Assembly (NCBI GenBank): GCA_038231155.1
Contig: JBBRLY010000013.1
Location: 196,305 to 260,304 of the forward strand
Length of the DNA stretch: 64,000 nucleotides
Source of the DNA: Candidatus Saccharimonadales bacterium
Lineage (GTDB): Bacteria > Patescibacteriota > Saccharimonadia > Saccharimonadales > JANWIN01
Direction of reading: 5' to 3'
Both the position numbers and the translations under genes were made by a program. Below the pieces are notes generated by a model that did no database searches, was not told the DNA's origin, and saw only the letters and a list, made by a program, of their open reading frames with translations. Numbering within the stretch: the stretch's first letter is position 1; the number at the start of each line of letters is the position of its first letter. This document shows, piece after piece, positions 1-11,602 of this stretch.

Positions 1-83
1 CCGTCCAAAGTAGGCAATATAACCTCGTACGCATCTTCATCAAATTTTATACCATCGAGTGTTATGAGCTGCAGGTGTATCAC
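1..83 (-). CDS. atpC: F1 ATP synthase epsilon subunit, N-terminal fragment (runs off window)
   Basis: Not in the ORF track because it is truncated. The reverse strand from GTG at 83 reads (M)IHLQLITLDGIKFDEDAYEVILPTLDG, an epsilon-like N-terminus. It starts 8 nt after the atpD stop, the expected operon position. Confidence 0.6.
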   Translation of the reverse strand, partial: MIHLQLITLDGIKFDEDAYEVILPTLD

Positions 84-91
84 TAGTCTTC

Positions 92-2139
<2,048 letters not shown>

Positions 2140-2141
2140 AG

Positions 2142-3011
2142 TTATCCTTTTATGGCCTCGGCGCCACCGGTTATCTCAGCTAGTTCTTGAGTAATTGCGG
2201 CTTGGCGGGCGGTATTAAATGCTAGTGTTAGATCGTCAATCAAGTCCGAGGCATTATCGGTAGCATTTTTCATAGCCAACATACGCATAGAATGCTCGCT
2301 AGCTATGCTTTCAAGAAGAGCCTGCCACAGTTGCACTTCTAGTAGGCGAATAGTGACATTATCCAACACCGCCTCGGCAGACGGCTCAAGTGTAACGTTA
2401 TCTAATGTAGCGTCATTTTCAGTTTGATCAACTTGTGCAGGCAATATAGACAGTTGGGTAGCAATTTGGCTCAAGTTAGATTTAAATTGAGTATAAAGTA
2501 GCAGTACGCTATCGACCTTCTCAAGAGTGAATAGCTCAATAATGGTGTCGAGTATCGGGCGAATATCGTTAGCGCTAGGATGATCATCAAATGCTGGATA
2601 GGCTGCAATTAATTCAACACCTTTTAAACGACGAGCAAAGTTTGTTGCTTTACTGCCAATAGCAATTATTTGAGTGGTAATTTTTTGCTGAACGTCTTGC
2701 TGTAAATTGCGCGTCAGTAACCGTAAAATATTGGCATTATAGGCACCAGCCAGTCCTCGACTACTACTAATAACTATAAAAAGCCTAGTTTTGACTGGTC
2801 GCTTTGTAAAAAGCGGATGTTCTTTAGCTTCAGTCAAACCACTAAGTCTTAAGAGTAAAGAATAGGCAGCTTCACGGTAAATCCGGCCACTAATTGCATG
2901 GTCTTGAGCCCGGCGCATTTTACTAGCGGCTACAAGTTCCATAGCCTTAGTGATTTGGCGCGTATTACGAACCGAACCAATCCGTCGCTTAAGAGTGGTT
3001 GTATTAGCCAT
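2142..3011 (-). CDS. atpG: F1 ATP synthase gamma subunit
   Basis: 289 aa. N-terminal LKRRIGSVRNTRQITKAMELVAASKMRRAQ and C-terminal ITQELAEITGGAEA are gamma hallmarks. Confidence 0.93.
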   Translation of the reverse strand: MANTTTLKRRIGSVRNTRQITKAMELVAASKMRRAQDHAISGRIYREAAYSLLLRLSGLTEAKEHPLFTKRPVKTRLFIVISSSRGLAGAYNANILRLLTRNLQQDVQQKITTQIIAIGSKATNFARRLKGVELIAAYPAFDDHPSANDIRPILDTIIELFTLEKVDSVLLLYTQFKSNLSQIATQLSILPAQVDQTENDATLDNVTLEPSAEAVLDNVTIRLLEVQLWQALLESIASEHSMRMLAMKNATDNASDLIDDLTLAFNTARQAAITQELAEITGGAEAIKG

Positions 3012-4583
3012 TTAGTTTAGGCTTTCGTCATTTACCAAGGTTTGTTCAACTGGTTTATATGAACTGGCGACTTTGCTGGCTATATCAGTAATAAGTTTCT
3101 TCGTTTGGTCATCTGGTTCGTCGCCATTATTAATCATTTCTACTAACTTAGGCTGATCATGCTTTAGCTCTCTGAGTAAACTATTCTGTGCAGATTTGAT
3201 TTTATCAAGTGGGACACTATCGAAACAACCTTCAGTAGCAGCAAGTAAAGTTGCGTACATCTGCCATACGGCATAGGGACTAAACTGCGGTTGTTTAAGT
3301 AATTCTGTCAAGCGTTGACCGCGTTCAATGCGCTGACGAGTCTCAGTATCAAGATCAGTAGAAAATTGACTAAAGGCCGCAAGTTCCCGAAATTGGGCCA
3401 GGTCAACACGTAAACTTTTGGCAACACTTTTAATAGCTTTGGTTTGAGCATTACCACCAACTCGGGATACTGATAAACCAACTGAGATTGCCGGGCGAAT
3501 ACCTTGATAAAACAGGTTAGTTTCTAAAAATATTTGACCGTCAGTAATTGAAATTACATTTGTGGGGATATAGGCACTAATATCTCCGGCTTGGGTTTCA
3601 ATAATTGGAAGTGCAGTTAGCGAACCAGCGCCCATGTCATCACTTAATTTGGCAGATCTTTCAAGTAGTCTTGAATGTAAATAAAATACATCGCCAGGGA
3701 AGGCTTCGCGACCAGGTGGACGACGAAGCAGTAGTGACATTTGTCTATAGGCAGCCGCATGTTTAGTGAGATCGTCATAAATAATCAAGGCGTGTTGTTT
3801 ATTATCTCGGAAATATTCTCCCATGGTTGTTGCCGCATAAGGAGCAAGGTATTGCATACTGGCCGGATCAGCAGCGCTTGTAGCAATAACAATAGATTGA
3901 TCCATTACCCCCTCACGCTTTAATCTATCTATTAAGCGAGCGGTTTTACTAGACTTTTGGCCTATGGCCACATATATATTAATAACACCAGTGTTCTGAT
4001 GGTGCTGATTGATCATCGTGTCGACCGCAACGGCAGTTTTACCTGTTTGACGATCACCGATAAGCAGCTCTCGCTGACCACGACCAATAGGTACCATGGC
4101 ATCAATAGCAGAAATACCGGTCATTAGTGGCTGATGTACGCTTTTGCGGTCCAACACCCCTGGTGCGGTTTGTTCAACTTGGCTGGTTAATTTGGTTTTT
4201 AAGGGACCTTTACCATCTAAAGTTTCTCCCATCGGATTAACTACGCGTCCAATAAGTTCCGGTCCGATAGGCACTTCCAAAACTTTTCCAGTTAATTTAG
4301 CAGTAGCTCCAGCTTTAATCAGCGTATCATCGCCCAATACTACGGCACCAATTTCTTCTTGACCCAAGTTAAAGGCAAAAGCCGTAATGGCTTCACCGGC
4401 GATGTTATCAATTTCTATCATTTCGTTATAACCACAATTTGTAAGGCCATATACCCAAGCAACTCCATCACCAACCCTAGTTACTACACCGACTTCTTCA
4501 ATTTCAGGACGGTCTTTCAGATGAGCGATAGCCTCGCGGATTTCTTCTGAAAGTTCTTTTATCGATAGTTCTAATTTAGGCAT
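3012..4583 (-). CDS. atpA: F1 ATP synthase alpha subunit
   Basis: 523 aa with Walker A GDRQTGKT and alpha-type motifs (IYDDLTKHAAAYRQMSLLLRRPPGREAFPGDVFYLHSRLLER). Confidence 0.96.
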   Translation of the reverse strand: MPKLELSIKELSEEIREAIAHLKDRPEIEEVGVVTRVGDGVAWVYGLTNCGYNEMIEIDNIAGEAITAFAFNLGQEEIGAVVLGDDTLIKAGATAKLTGKVLEVPIGPELIGRVVNPMGETLDGKGPLKTKLTSQVEQTAPGVLDRKSVHQPLMTGISAIDAMVPIGRGQRELLIGDRQTGKTAVAVDTMINQHHQNTGVINIYVAIGQKSSKTARLIDRLKREGVMDQSIVIATSAADPASMQYLAPYAATTMGEYFRDNKQHALIIYDDLTKHAAAYRQMSLLLRRPPGREAFPGDVFYLHSRLLERSAKLSDDMGAGSLTALPIIETQAGDISAYIPTNVISITDGQIFLETNLFYQGIRPAISVGLSVSRVGGNAQTKAIKSVAKSLRVDLAQFRELAAFSQFSTDLDTETRQRIERGQRLTELLKQPQFSPYAVWQMYATLLAATEGCFDSVPLDKIKSAQNSLLRELKHDQPKLVEMINNGDEPDDQTKKLITDIASKVASSYKPVEQTLVNDESLN

Positions 4584-4586
4584 ATT

Positions 4587-4994
4587 TCATGCACCGCCGT
4601 TATTTACAGTAAATTGTTTAAATTTATTCAGCCTAGATCTTACGGTTAAATCCAATTGTTTATCGGGAAGATTTAATTTAACGCCACCGATTTCATTACT
4701 ATCCTGAACTTGATCAATCATTAAAGACTTGAGCTTAGGATATTCAGTTTTTAGGATAGATTTAATATCGTCAATGTCTTTAGGACTTAAATTATGGGCA
4801 CTAATTGTCGATGCTTCGACTATTCCATTTTTAATCCGGTAGGCGATTATATCTCTGATTAAAGAATCTAAAATATTAGTTTGATTTTGGTCCATTAAGT
4901 AAGCTGCTATTTCTTTGGCTAGCCCCTGAACATCTTGAATATGTAGGGATTTTTCAGCGATAATTTGAGCTAATTGTTGTCTGGTGGTATTCAT
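4587..4994 (-). CDS. atpH: F1 ATP synthase delta (OSCP) subunit, short form
   Basis: 135 aa between atpF and atpA, with a 4-nt overlap with atpF. The call rests on position plus weak delta-like C-terminal features. Confidence 0.7.
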   Translation of the reverse strand: MNTTRQQLAQIIAEKSLHIQDVQGLAKEIAAYLMDQNQTNILDSLIRDIIAYRIKNGIVEASTISAHNLSPKDIDDIKSILKTEYPKLKSLMIDQVQDSNEIGGVKLNLPDKQLDLTVRSRLNKFKQFTVNNGGA

Positions 4995-5524
4995 TTTTTA
5001 AGTCTACCTTTTAAAATAATATCGATTAGTTCAGCATCTTTTTTAGGGTCAACTTTTTCTCCAACAATTGCTTCAGTTGCTTCAGAAATTAAGCCTACAA
5101 TATCTTTTTCTAGGGCCCGCTTGGCTCTTTCCGATTCCTCATTAACTCGAACTTCGGCGTCTGCCAAAATTGTCTCAGCTTTACGCTGAGCCGACTTCTC
5201 AGCTTCGCGCACAACTTCACGGGCTTCTTTATGTCCTGTGGCAATAATATGATCAGCTTCAGTGCGAGCTTCACGAATAATTTTAGCTACTTCAATATCG
5301 AACTTAGCTCGTTCTGCTGCTAGAGTTTCACCCATCTTGACGCCGTCATCAATAACTTTACGGCGTTCCCCGAGCATTTTAATAATTGGCTTAAATGCAT
5401 ACTTTTTAAGTAATAAAAACACTAACACAAAGGTTAAAAGTTGAATAATGAAAGCACTAAAACTTATGCCTAATGCACCAATGCCGGACGTACTATCACT
5501 TACCGCAAATAACGTAAGTATCAT
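4991..5524 (-). CDS. atpF: Fo ATP synthase subunit b
   Basis: One N-terminal TM helix followed by a long charged coiled coil. I moved the start to MILTLFAV (ATG at 5524), which has AAGGAG 9 nt upstream. The track start at 5569 would overlap atpE. Confidence 0.8.
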   Translation of the reverse strand: MILTLFAVSDSTSGIGALGISFSAFIIQLLTFVLVFLLLKKYAFKPIIKMLGERRKVIDDGVKMGETLAAERAKFDIEVAKIIREARTEADHIIATGHKEAREVVREAEKSAQRKAETILADAEVRVNEESERAKRALEKDIVGLISEATEAIVGEKVDPKKDAELIDIILKGRLKK

Positions 5525-5543
5525 GTATAAAAACTCCTTGACT

Positions 5544-5780
5544 CTACTTGATAATAAACACTGAGGCAAAGACTAGCAGAGCCATAAGTTCAACAATGGC
5601 AACAAACACTAAGATTTGACCCAGGAACTTAGCACTTTCAGGATTTCGACCAACAGCATTCATGAAAGCGTTTCCAATTAAACCGACACCAATTCCTGGG
5701 CCAATCATACCGGCGCCCAGCATAATGCCTTTGCCTAGTACTTCGACATTACCAGTTACCTGCGCTAAATAATAAACCAT
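5544..5780 (-). CDS. atpE: Fo ATP synthase subunit c
   Basis: 78-aa helical hairpin with a Gly-rich helix 1 (GAGMIGPGIGVG), an RNPE loop and a carboxylate in helix 2 (AIVELMAL). Confidence 0.9.
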   Translation of the reverse strand: MVYYLAQVTGNVEVLGKGIMLGAGMIGPGIGVGLIGNAFMNAVGRNPESAKFLGQILVFVAIVELMALLVFASVFIIK

Positions 5781-5833
5781 ATTATTTTATCTCCTTTTCT
5801 GGTTTGATTGTTGTTAGCTTAAGATATCTCACA

Positions 5834-6661
5834 TTAAACTCCCTTAGCTGGCATAGAATCAGCAGTTAAATCATCTTGTTGGTGATCATCACCATGTTTT
5901 ACCGATAACGATAAATAGGTGATTGATAGCATAACAAAAATATAGGCTTGAAGTAAGCAGACACCTATTTCCAGTACCACGAACGGTAGGGCAGTAAGTG
6001 GCGCTGCAAATTTACCCAAAAAAGCAAAAACCAAAATAATAATCTCACCAATTGCTACATTTAAAAATAACCTAAGTGCTAAGCTGAATATCCGAATAAA
6101 CTCATTAAAGATTTCATATATACCAGCCAAATAGGTCAGCGGGTTATATAGTTTACCACTAAAATAATGCCTTAAATGTCTGACAAATCCAGATTCTCTG
6201 ATTGCATAATATTGAATCGCTGTCATTGATATAACTGCAGCAGCCAAGGTTGCATTAAGATCAGCCGTAATAGCCCTAAACAATGCAATTCCGTGTAATG
6301 TCACTGCTTCACCTACGCCAGGGAGCAAACCAAATAGATTACTAAAGGCAATAAAAAAGAATACTGTTACAAAAAATGGAGCATACTTCAGAGCAAGTTT
6401 TCTGTCACCCATGCTATTTTCCAAAGTATTAGTAATAAAATCGGTACCAATTTCGACGATTTGGGTAAAACCGCCTTTAGGTCTCAAAGTCATATTTTTG
6501 GCCACTCTAATAAAAATGACAATTAATATTACCGAGCAAATCCATCCAAACAAAATAGAGTTTGTAATAGTCCAGCCAAAAATACTAAATAAGCCGCCTG
6601 GCGCAATATGCACTACAGGTGAAGAATCAGTGGCTAATTTTGTCCACATACTGTTAAACAC
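5834..6661 (-). CDS. atpB: Fo ATP synthase subunit a
   Basis: 275-aa polytopic protein with the essential Arg context FSLALRLFLNV. GTG start, overlapping the upstream stop by 1 nt. Confidence 0.88.
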   Translation of the reverse strand: MFNSMWTKLATDSSPVVHIAPGGLFSIFGWTITNSILFGWICSVILIVIFIRVAKNMTLRPKGGFTQIVEIGTDFITNTLENSMGDRKLALKYAPFFVTVFFFIAFSNLFGLLPGVGEAVTLHGIALFRAITADLNATLAAAVISMTAIQYYAIRESGFVRHLRHYFSGKLYNPLTYLAGIYEIFNEFIRIFSLALRLFLNVAIGEIIILVFAFLGKFAAPLTALPFVVLEIGVCLLQAYIFVMLSITYLSLSVKHGDDHQQDDLTADSMPAKGV

Positions 6662-6972
6662 TACGATTTCTTTCCTTTATTATTTGAAACTTGAGTGGCG
6701 CTTACACCACGCAAGCTTTTATAAACTACGCCACCAGCCATAAACACAGCTAGGAACAAAGCGGTCAATGTCCATGACGGCGACGAATGATAATGATCAT
6801 CCAATTTGACGCCAATTATGACCGGCACGATGATAGTTACCGCTAATTGCCAGCTCATATTTATAGCTGCGCTCATAAATTGGGTTTTAGCATCAGCAAT
6901 TTGGGCCAGCTTATCAAACCCACTCTCAGCAACGGGGGTCGTCACTTTACTCCTAGTGGCGGCTCTCTTCAT
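6661..6972 (-). CDS. AtpZ/AtpI-like small membrane protein at the head of the atp operon
   Basis: 103 aa with two TM helices, placed first in the operon as AtpI/AtpZ genes are. Confidence 0.55.
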   Translation of the reverse strand: MKRAATRSKVTTPVAESGFDKLAQIADAKTQFMSAAINMSWQLAVTIIVPVIIGVKLDDHYHSSPSWTLTALFLAVFMAGGVVYKSLRGVSATQVSNNKGKKS

Positions 6973-7029
6973 CCTCGGCGATTATAACAATTTTAAGCGA
7001 TTACCTCAAGAGTTTGCTAGAATATAGTA

Positions 7030-7269
7030 ATGGTAACCGTTTATTCTGCAAGTTGGTGTGCTTTTTGTCATGCCGCTAAACAATACTTTGACCACCTTGG
7101 TGTTAAATATACAGATAAAGACGTTGAAAAAGATGTGATGTTTGCTAATGAGGCTATAGGCAAATCTGGCCAAATGGGTGTGCCGGTAATCGATATTGAT
7201 GGCGCAATAGTTGTTGGCTTTGATCGTCAGAAAATTGATGCTACTTTGCGTGAAAAAAAGCTTATCTAG
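7030..7269 (+). CDS. glutaredoxin-like (YruB/NrdH-type) thiol-disulfide protein
   Basis: 79 aa with a CAFC redox motif after beta1 (VYSASWCAFCHAAKQYF) and the GVPVIDIDG cis-Pro region. Confidence 0.8.
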   Translation: MVTVYSASWCAFCHAAKQYFDHLGVKYTDKDVEKDVMFANEAIGKSGQMGVPVIDIDGAIVVGFDRQKIDATLREKKLI

Positions 7270-7334
7270 TGTTTGCTTGCATTATGTTGGCACCATATCT
7301 GGTATAATATTCTATGAAACCTTGAGGTGCAGAA

Positions 7335-8033
7335 ATGACGGAGGCTACAGATTTTAGTTATTTTGGTGGTCCACCGGAATATGTCATTCCGGAATCTTTT
7401 TCTGCTTTAAGCGAAATACCTGATAAAATTTCAATTTTCACAGCCGTTCGTGACGAAATGAGTAGCGAAACTAAAATTGAGCAATTAACTGAATTGGCTA
7501 AACAGTCTGACAACGGTGGAACTTTACTTATTGAAATTTTAGCAGAGATTGGTGTTATCGATCCTTTACATGTAGTTGCCAAGTATCGGAGTGATATTAT
7601 GCTGCAGGCTGCACAAAGAGACTCACTAGATTACAAACAACAATCAACCAGCCTAACAAAGGCTGAGTTGAATCACTTACGCAGCTTAAACCAATCCGTA
7701 GATGCCCTACATATAAAGGTATTACCTTTATATGATATGGATCAGCGTTTAAGTAAAGCAAAAAGCTATTATGATTTTGCAGTAATGCACACAAGTGCTG
7801 CAGAAAGTACCGATCCGGGCTATTCTTTACTGGAAGAAATTTATGATGGTACAGCTGAATTCGACAATACCGGTGTCCTTAAAATTATTAGTTCAATCAA
7901 AGACAAACTGCCCAAACATTTTGATTTTAACCATCGGCGGCAAACTACCCAAGCCGAGCAAAAGATTGTCGAAGCCGAGAGATTAGTAAGAATATTAATG
8001 TTAGAGGAAACCGATCAAATATCATTTGATTAA
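7335..8033 (+). CDS. hypothetical protein
   Basis: 232-aa acidic soluble ORF with no recognisable motif. Confidence 0.5.
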   Translation: MTEATDFSYFGGPPEYVIPESFSALSEIPDKISIFTAVRDEMSSETKIEQLTELAKQSDNGGTLLIEILAEIGVIDPLHVVAKYRSDIMLQAAQRDSLDYKQQSTSLTKAELNHLRSLNQSVDALHIKVLPLYDMDQRLSKAKSYYDFAVMHTSAAESTDPGYSLLEEIYDGTAEFDNTGVLKIISSIKDKLPKHFDFNHRRQTTQAEQKIVEAERLVRILMLEETDQISFD

Positions 8034-8061
8034 GTAATCTTACAGCCTGTAAGCTAAAACC

Positions 8062-8631
8062 ATGGGACTAGAAGATTTTAAAACAAAAGAGTCTGTAGTA
8101 ATTGTTTATACTGGGGAGAGCAAGGGTAAAACCAGTGCTAGCTTAGGACTATTAACCCGTGCTTTAGGCAATAGATGGAAAGTTTCCTTTATCCAATTTA
8201 TAAAACACTGGGGAACTGGAGAACATGTATTTTTAAGAGATATTGAGCCGTTGTTTAAGGATCAGCTGTTTTTTTATAAAGGCGGTAAAGGTTTTTACAA
8301 GGCCGGCGACCTAAGTCCACAACACATCAGTGACGATCAACATAAAAAAGCTGCTACTAAAACTTATTCGGAAGCCTTAAAAGCTGCAACTAATGCTAGG
8401 TTTGATCTAGTGATCTGTGATGAAATTAATAACGCTGTTCATGATGGTCTGATCACAAAACAGCAGTTAAAAGAATTAATCGAAAAACGACATCCAAAAA
8501 CTAGCTTATGCCTGACGGGTCGTAATTTCCCCAAAGATTTATTGCCATTAGTAGATATCGCCACAAATATGACTAAAATTAAACACCATTTTGATGATAA
8601 ATTCCTGGCCAATAGAGGTATTGATTTTTAG
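8062..8631 (+). CDS. cobO: cob(I)yrinic acid a,c-diamide adenosyltransferase-like P-loop protein (CobA/CobO/BtuR family)
   Basis: 189 aa with YTGESKGKTSASLG, QFIKxxxxxGE, DLVICDEINNAV and LTGRNFP, all family-typical blocks. Confidence 0.72.
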   Translation: MGLEDFKTKESVVIVYTGESKGKTSASLGLLTRALGNRWKVSFIQFIKHWGTGEHVFLRDIEPLFKDQLFFYKGGKGFYKAGDLSPQHISDDQHKKAATKTYSEALKAATNARFDLVICDEINNAVHDGLITKQQLKELIEKRHPKTSLCLTGRNFPKDLLPLVDIATNMTKIKHHFDDKFLANRGIDF

Positions 8632-8676
8632 ACTAGATCATATTGGCACATGAAATGATAGTATATTTTTCTCTAA

Positions 8677-8835
8677 AGCTCGGCTACCTTTTACAAGCAA
8701 GTGGTATTGCCTAAAAACTCCGACTTAGGTAAAGTAAATGCTGACTTTAGCGATGGCTTCTTAAAAGTAGCAGTGCCGTTTAAAGCTCTGCCAAAACCTA
8801 AGAAAAAAGCTATTTCTGAAGCCAAAAAGAAATAA
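8677..8835 (+). pseudogene. Hsp20/alpha-crystallin C-terminal remnant
   Basis: A 53-codon open frame with no start codon reads TFYKQVVLPKNSDLGKVNADFSDGFLKVAVPFKALPKPKKK. This matches the last strands of small heat-shock proteins (xLP..vd...i.A.f.dGvL.i..PK). An in-frame TAA lies directly upstream. Confidence 0.5.
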
Positions 8836-8851
8836 AACACACAGTCTTTTT

Positions 8852-8890
8852 AAAAAAGTACATGCTATAAAACTCAGCATGTACTTTTTT
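8852..8890. terminator. bidirectional rho-independent terminator
   Basis: Perfect 15-bp stem AAAAAAGTACATGCT / AGCATGTACTTTTTT with a 9-nt loop. It has an A-run on one side and a T-run on the other. Confidence 0.6.
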
Positions 8891-8914
8891 AATTAGGCGT
8901 CGTACGCTAATTAC

Positions 8915-9442
8915 ATGCCAAAAACTCTTTTTTTAATGCTTGGATATCCTGGAGCCGGTAAAACAACCACTGCAAAAATTATTCACGAACTTACTGGAGC
9001 TGAGCATTTATGGGCAGATCATATTCGCCGGGAAATGTATAAATTACCGTCTTATACCCACCAAGAAAACATGCATCTTTATAGCAAGTTAAATGAAATG
9101 ACCAAACAACTATTAGAATCCGGGAAAAGTGTTATTTTTGATACAAATTTTAATTTTTACAAAGATCGACAGCGTTTAAGGGATATAGCTAGTAACAAAA
9201 AGGCAAAAACGATAATTATATGGGTACAAACACCATTAAATGTAGCCAAACAGCGTGCCACAATAGATGCGCTTTTGCATGCTAATACAAGAGTTTTGGG
9301 TAATATGCCCGTAGAACACTTCGAGAGAATATCCAATAATCTGGAAGATCCAAGACCAAATGAGCCGCATATTGTTATTAAAGGAGAAAAAATAAGCCCC
9401 GAGTACGTTCGCGAACAGCTACAAACAAATGATATTTTATAG
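8915..9442 (+). CDS. P-loop kinase/ATPase (AAA_33 / zeta-toxin-like fold)
   Basis: 175 aa with Walker A GYPGAGKTT at the N-terminus and the size typical of small nucleotide/sugar kinases. Confidence 0.65.
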   Translation: MPKTLFLMLGYPGAGKTTTAKIIHELTGAEHLWADHIRREMYKLPSYTHQENMHLYSKLNEMTKQLLESGKSVIFDTNFNFYKDRQRLRDIASNKKAKTIIIWVQTPLNVAKQRATIDALLHANTRVLGNMPVEHFERISNNLEDPRPNEPHIVIKGEKISPEYVREQLQTNDIL

Positions 9443-9505
9443 GTTTGCTAGTCTACACTAAAAGCAAAAGTATTGATGTGTTTTGACACTTGATGAAAAC
9501 TACTT

Positions 9506-10369
9506 CTAATCTTCAATTTTGTTACCGGTAACAAGATTGATAACTTCTGCCACGGGCCACATAAGAAAAGAGTAGATCGCGAAAATAGTAACCGAAAAAA
9601 CACCTATTAATATATATGGAAGTGTTTGCCAAAAACTTAATCTTCGAAAATTTTCTTTATTATAAGTACCGATTTGTTTATGATGATTTTTGGTTTTAAT
9701 ACAGCGAAGGAAATATTCTATAAAATTCGGCCAATAAATATAGCGACGCCCAGACGCCTGCACTAATAGGTGCCTATGGAGTTTTACAATTCCACCATTA
9801 CCAGCAATAAGTAGTGAAAGATCTTGATCTTCGTGAACTTGACGATAATCTTTGGCGGAATCATTTCTAATCAATTCCCAAATGTCTTTTGTAATGGCCA
9901 TATTACCGCCCCACATAATGACTGTTCTGAAATAAGCTTGATAAGTCATCAAAAATATACTTGACCATAGTGTCGAATACCAGATATTAATACCCCAAAT
10001 AACATTATTTCTACCTATTCCTCCAAGTCCCGTTAAGTCTCGATTGTTAAAAGCTTTTTTTACTGTTTCAACCCAATCGGCAGCTAAAATACTATCGCCA
10101 TTAATTCTGCCGAGTATATTTCCCCTAGCTGCATTAAAACCTCGGTTACGAGCCGGTATATAGCCTTTTTTGGGCTCAATAATTAACTTAACAAAATTGT
10201 ACTGTTCGGCAATTTTTACTGAGTCGTCCGTTGAATTATTATCAACTATAATAACTTCATCAGGTGCAACAGTTTGACAAGCAATGGCGTCTAAACACTC
10301 CTTTAAATGGCTTTCTTCGTTATATACTGGTATAACTATGCTAAGCGTTAACGATTTGTTATCTGGCAC
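9506..10369 (-). CDS. family 2 glycosyltransferase with C-terminal TM segments
   Basis: LSIVIPVYNEE, VIIVDNNSTDDS and a DxD-like GDS region. GTG start; an in-frame stop lies directly upstream. Confidence 0.85.
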   Translation of the reverse strand: MPDNKSLTLSIVIPVYNEESHLKECLDAIACQTVAPDEVIIVDNNSTDDSVKIAEQYNFVKLIIEPKKGYIPARNRGFNAARGNILGRINGDSILAADWVETVKKAFNNRDLTGLGGIGRNNVIWGINIWYSTLWSSIFLMTYQAYFRTVIMWGGNMAITKDIWELIRNDSAKDYRQVHEDQDLSLLIAGNGGIVKLHRHLLVQASGRRYIYWPNFIEYFLRCIKTKNHHKQIGTYNKENFRRLSFWQTLPYILIGVFSVTIFAIYSFLMWPVAEVINLVTGNKIED

Positions 10370-10399
10370 TTACATAGTTTATAACAGGCAACTCAAGTA

Positions 10400-11551
10400 G
10401 TGGGAAATTTAAAGACAAGAAAGAAAAAAATTAAATCCAGTACGCTAGGCAGAAAGCATAAAGCTTTACTTTTTCGCATACTAGGGAAAATTTGGCTTTG
10501 GATTACAAGTCGCAGTTGGTGGCAAAAGATACTTTTAGTAATAATGGCATTTTTGTTGCTTCTTATTGGAGTGATGTATTCGATTGCACAATGGTATATT
10601 TTTAGCCAACGTAATAAACCATATCAATTTGGCGTCACATTCATTCCTAGTTACGCCGAATATTTAGGTGTTGATCCAGATGAAACCTTAAATGCTATTT
10701 TGAATGATTTGGGTGCTAAGCGCGTACGATTAGCAAGTTATTGGGATAAAATTCAGCCGACTCAAAATGGTCCTTATGATTTTAGAGAACTGGATAAAGA
10801 CTTTTCTATGATTCAGGCAGCTGGTGCCAAAGTGACTTTAGCTATTGGACTGCGTCAACCGCGATGGCCAGAATGTCATATGCCCGACTGGGCTATGTCT
10901 CAACCTAAAAGCGTCTGGTATCCTGAGCTTAAACAATTTATGCAAGCTGTCGTGGAGCACTATAAAAATCAGCCAGCTCTGATAAGTTATCAGTTAGAGA
11001 ACGAGTACTTATTAAAAGTCTTTGGTAAGTGTACGGACTTTAGCCGTGATCGACTAATTGATGAATTTAACTTTGTTAAAAGTTTGGATTCAAATCACCC
11101 TATTATTGTCAGCCGTAGCAATAACTGGGTCGGTTTGCCTATTGGACAACCCAGACCTGATGAATTTGGAATATCGGTTTATAAAAGAGTCTGGGATAGA
11201 ACAATTACCAAACGTTACGTTGAATATCCTTATCCAGCCTGGTACTACGGCTTTTACGCAGGAGCTGGCAAATTACTGACTGGTAAAGATTTAATGATAC
11301 ATGAACTTCAAGCCGAACCCTGGATGCCAGATGGAATAGAAATGCCTAAATCTACTACTGCCGAGCAATATCAATCTATGAGCCCGCAACGCCTAAAAGA
11401 CCGTTTTGAATATGCTAGAGCCACTGGTATGCACACTATCGATTTCTGGGGAGTTGAATGGTGGTACTGGCGAAAAGTACACTTTAACGATCCAGAGATC
11501 TGGAATATTGCTAAAACTGAATTTGATAAAGCTAACTCTAGTACTAGATAA
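10400..11551 (+). CDS. membrane-anchored glycoside hydrolase (clan GH-A TIM barrel, cellulase/galactosidase-like)
   Basis: 383 aa with an N-terminal TM anchor, a catalytic-acid-like QLENEY block and an LQAEPW nucleophile-like block. GTG start. Confidence 0.6.
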   Translation: MGNLKTRKKKIKSSTLGRKHKALLFRILGKIWLWITSRSWWQKILLVIMAFLLLLIGVMYSIAQWYIFSQRNKPYQFGVTFIPSYAEYLGVDPDETLNAILNDLGAKRVRLASYWDKIQPTQNGPYDFRELDKDFSMIQAAGAKVTLAIGLRQPRWPECHMPDWAMSQPKSVWYPELKQFMQAVVEHYKNQPALISYQLENEYLLKVFGKCTDFSRDRLIDEFNFVKSLDSNHPIIVSRSNNWVGLPIGQPRPDEFGISVYKRVWDRTITKRYVEYPYPAWYYGFYAGAGKLLTGKDLMIHELQAEPWMPDGIEMPKSTTAEQYQSMSPQRLKDRFEYARATGMHTIDFWGVEWWYWRKVHFNDPEIWNIAKTEFDKANSSTR

Positions 11552-11602
11552 TCTTTTATTACTATTGTCTATACCGATTAGGTTCGTTAAAATAAGGTTA
11601 CC

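Noticed and set aside
3741-4550. Plus-strand ORFs antisense to atpA. Similar antisense ORFs lie inside atpD, atpF, atpB, the histidine kinases, fibre 1 (27783-28328, 28935-29576), the surface protein (15774-16274, 16452-16814), RCC1 and others.
   Set aside because: Each is nested in the opposite strand of a strongly supported conserved or repeat-structured gene. They have low-complexity translations and no start-site signals.
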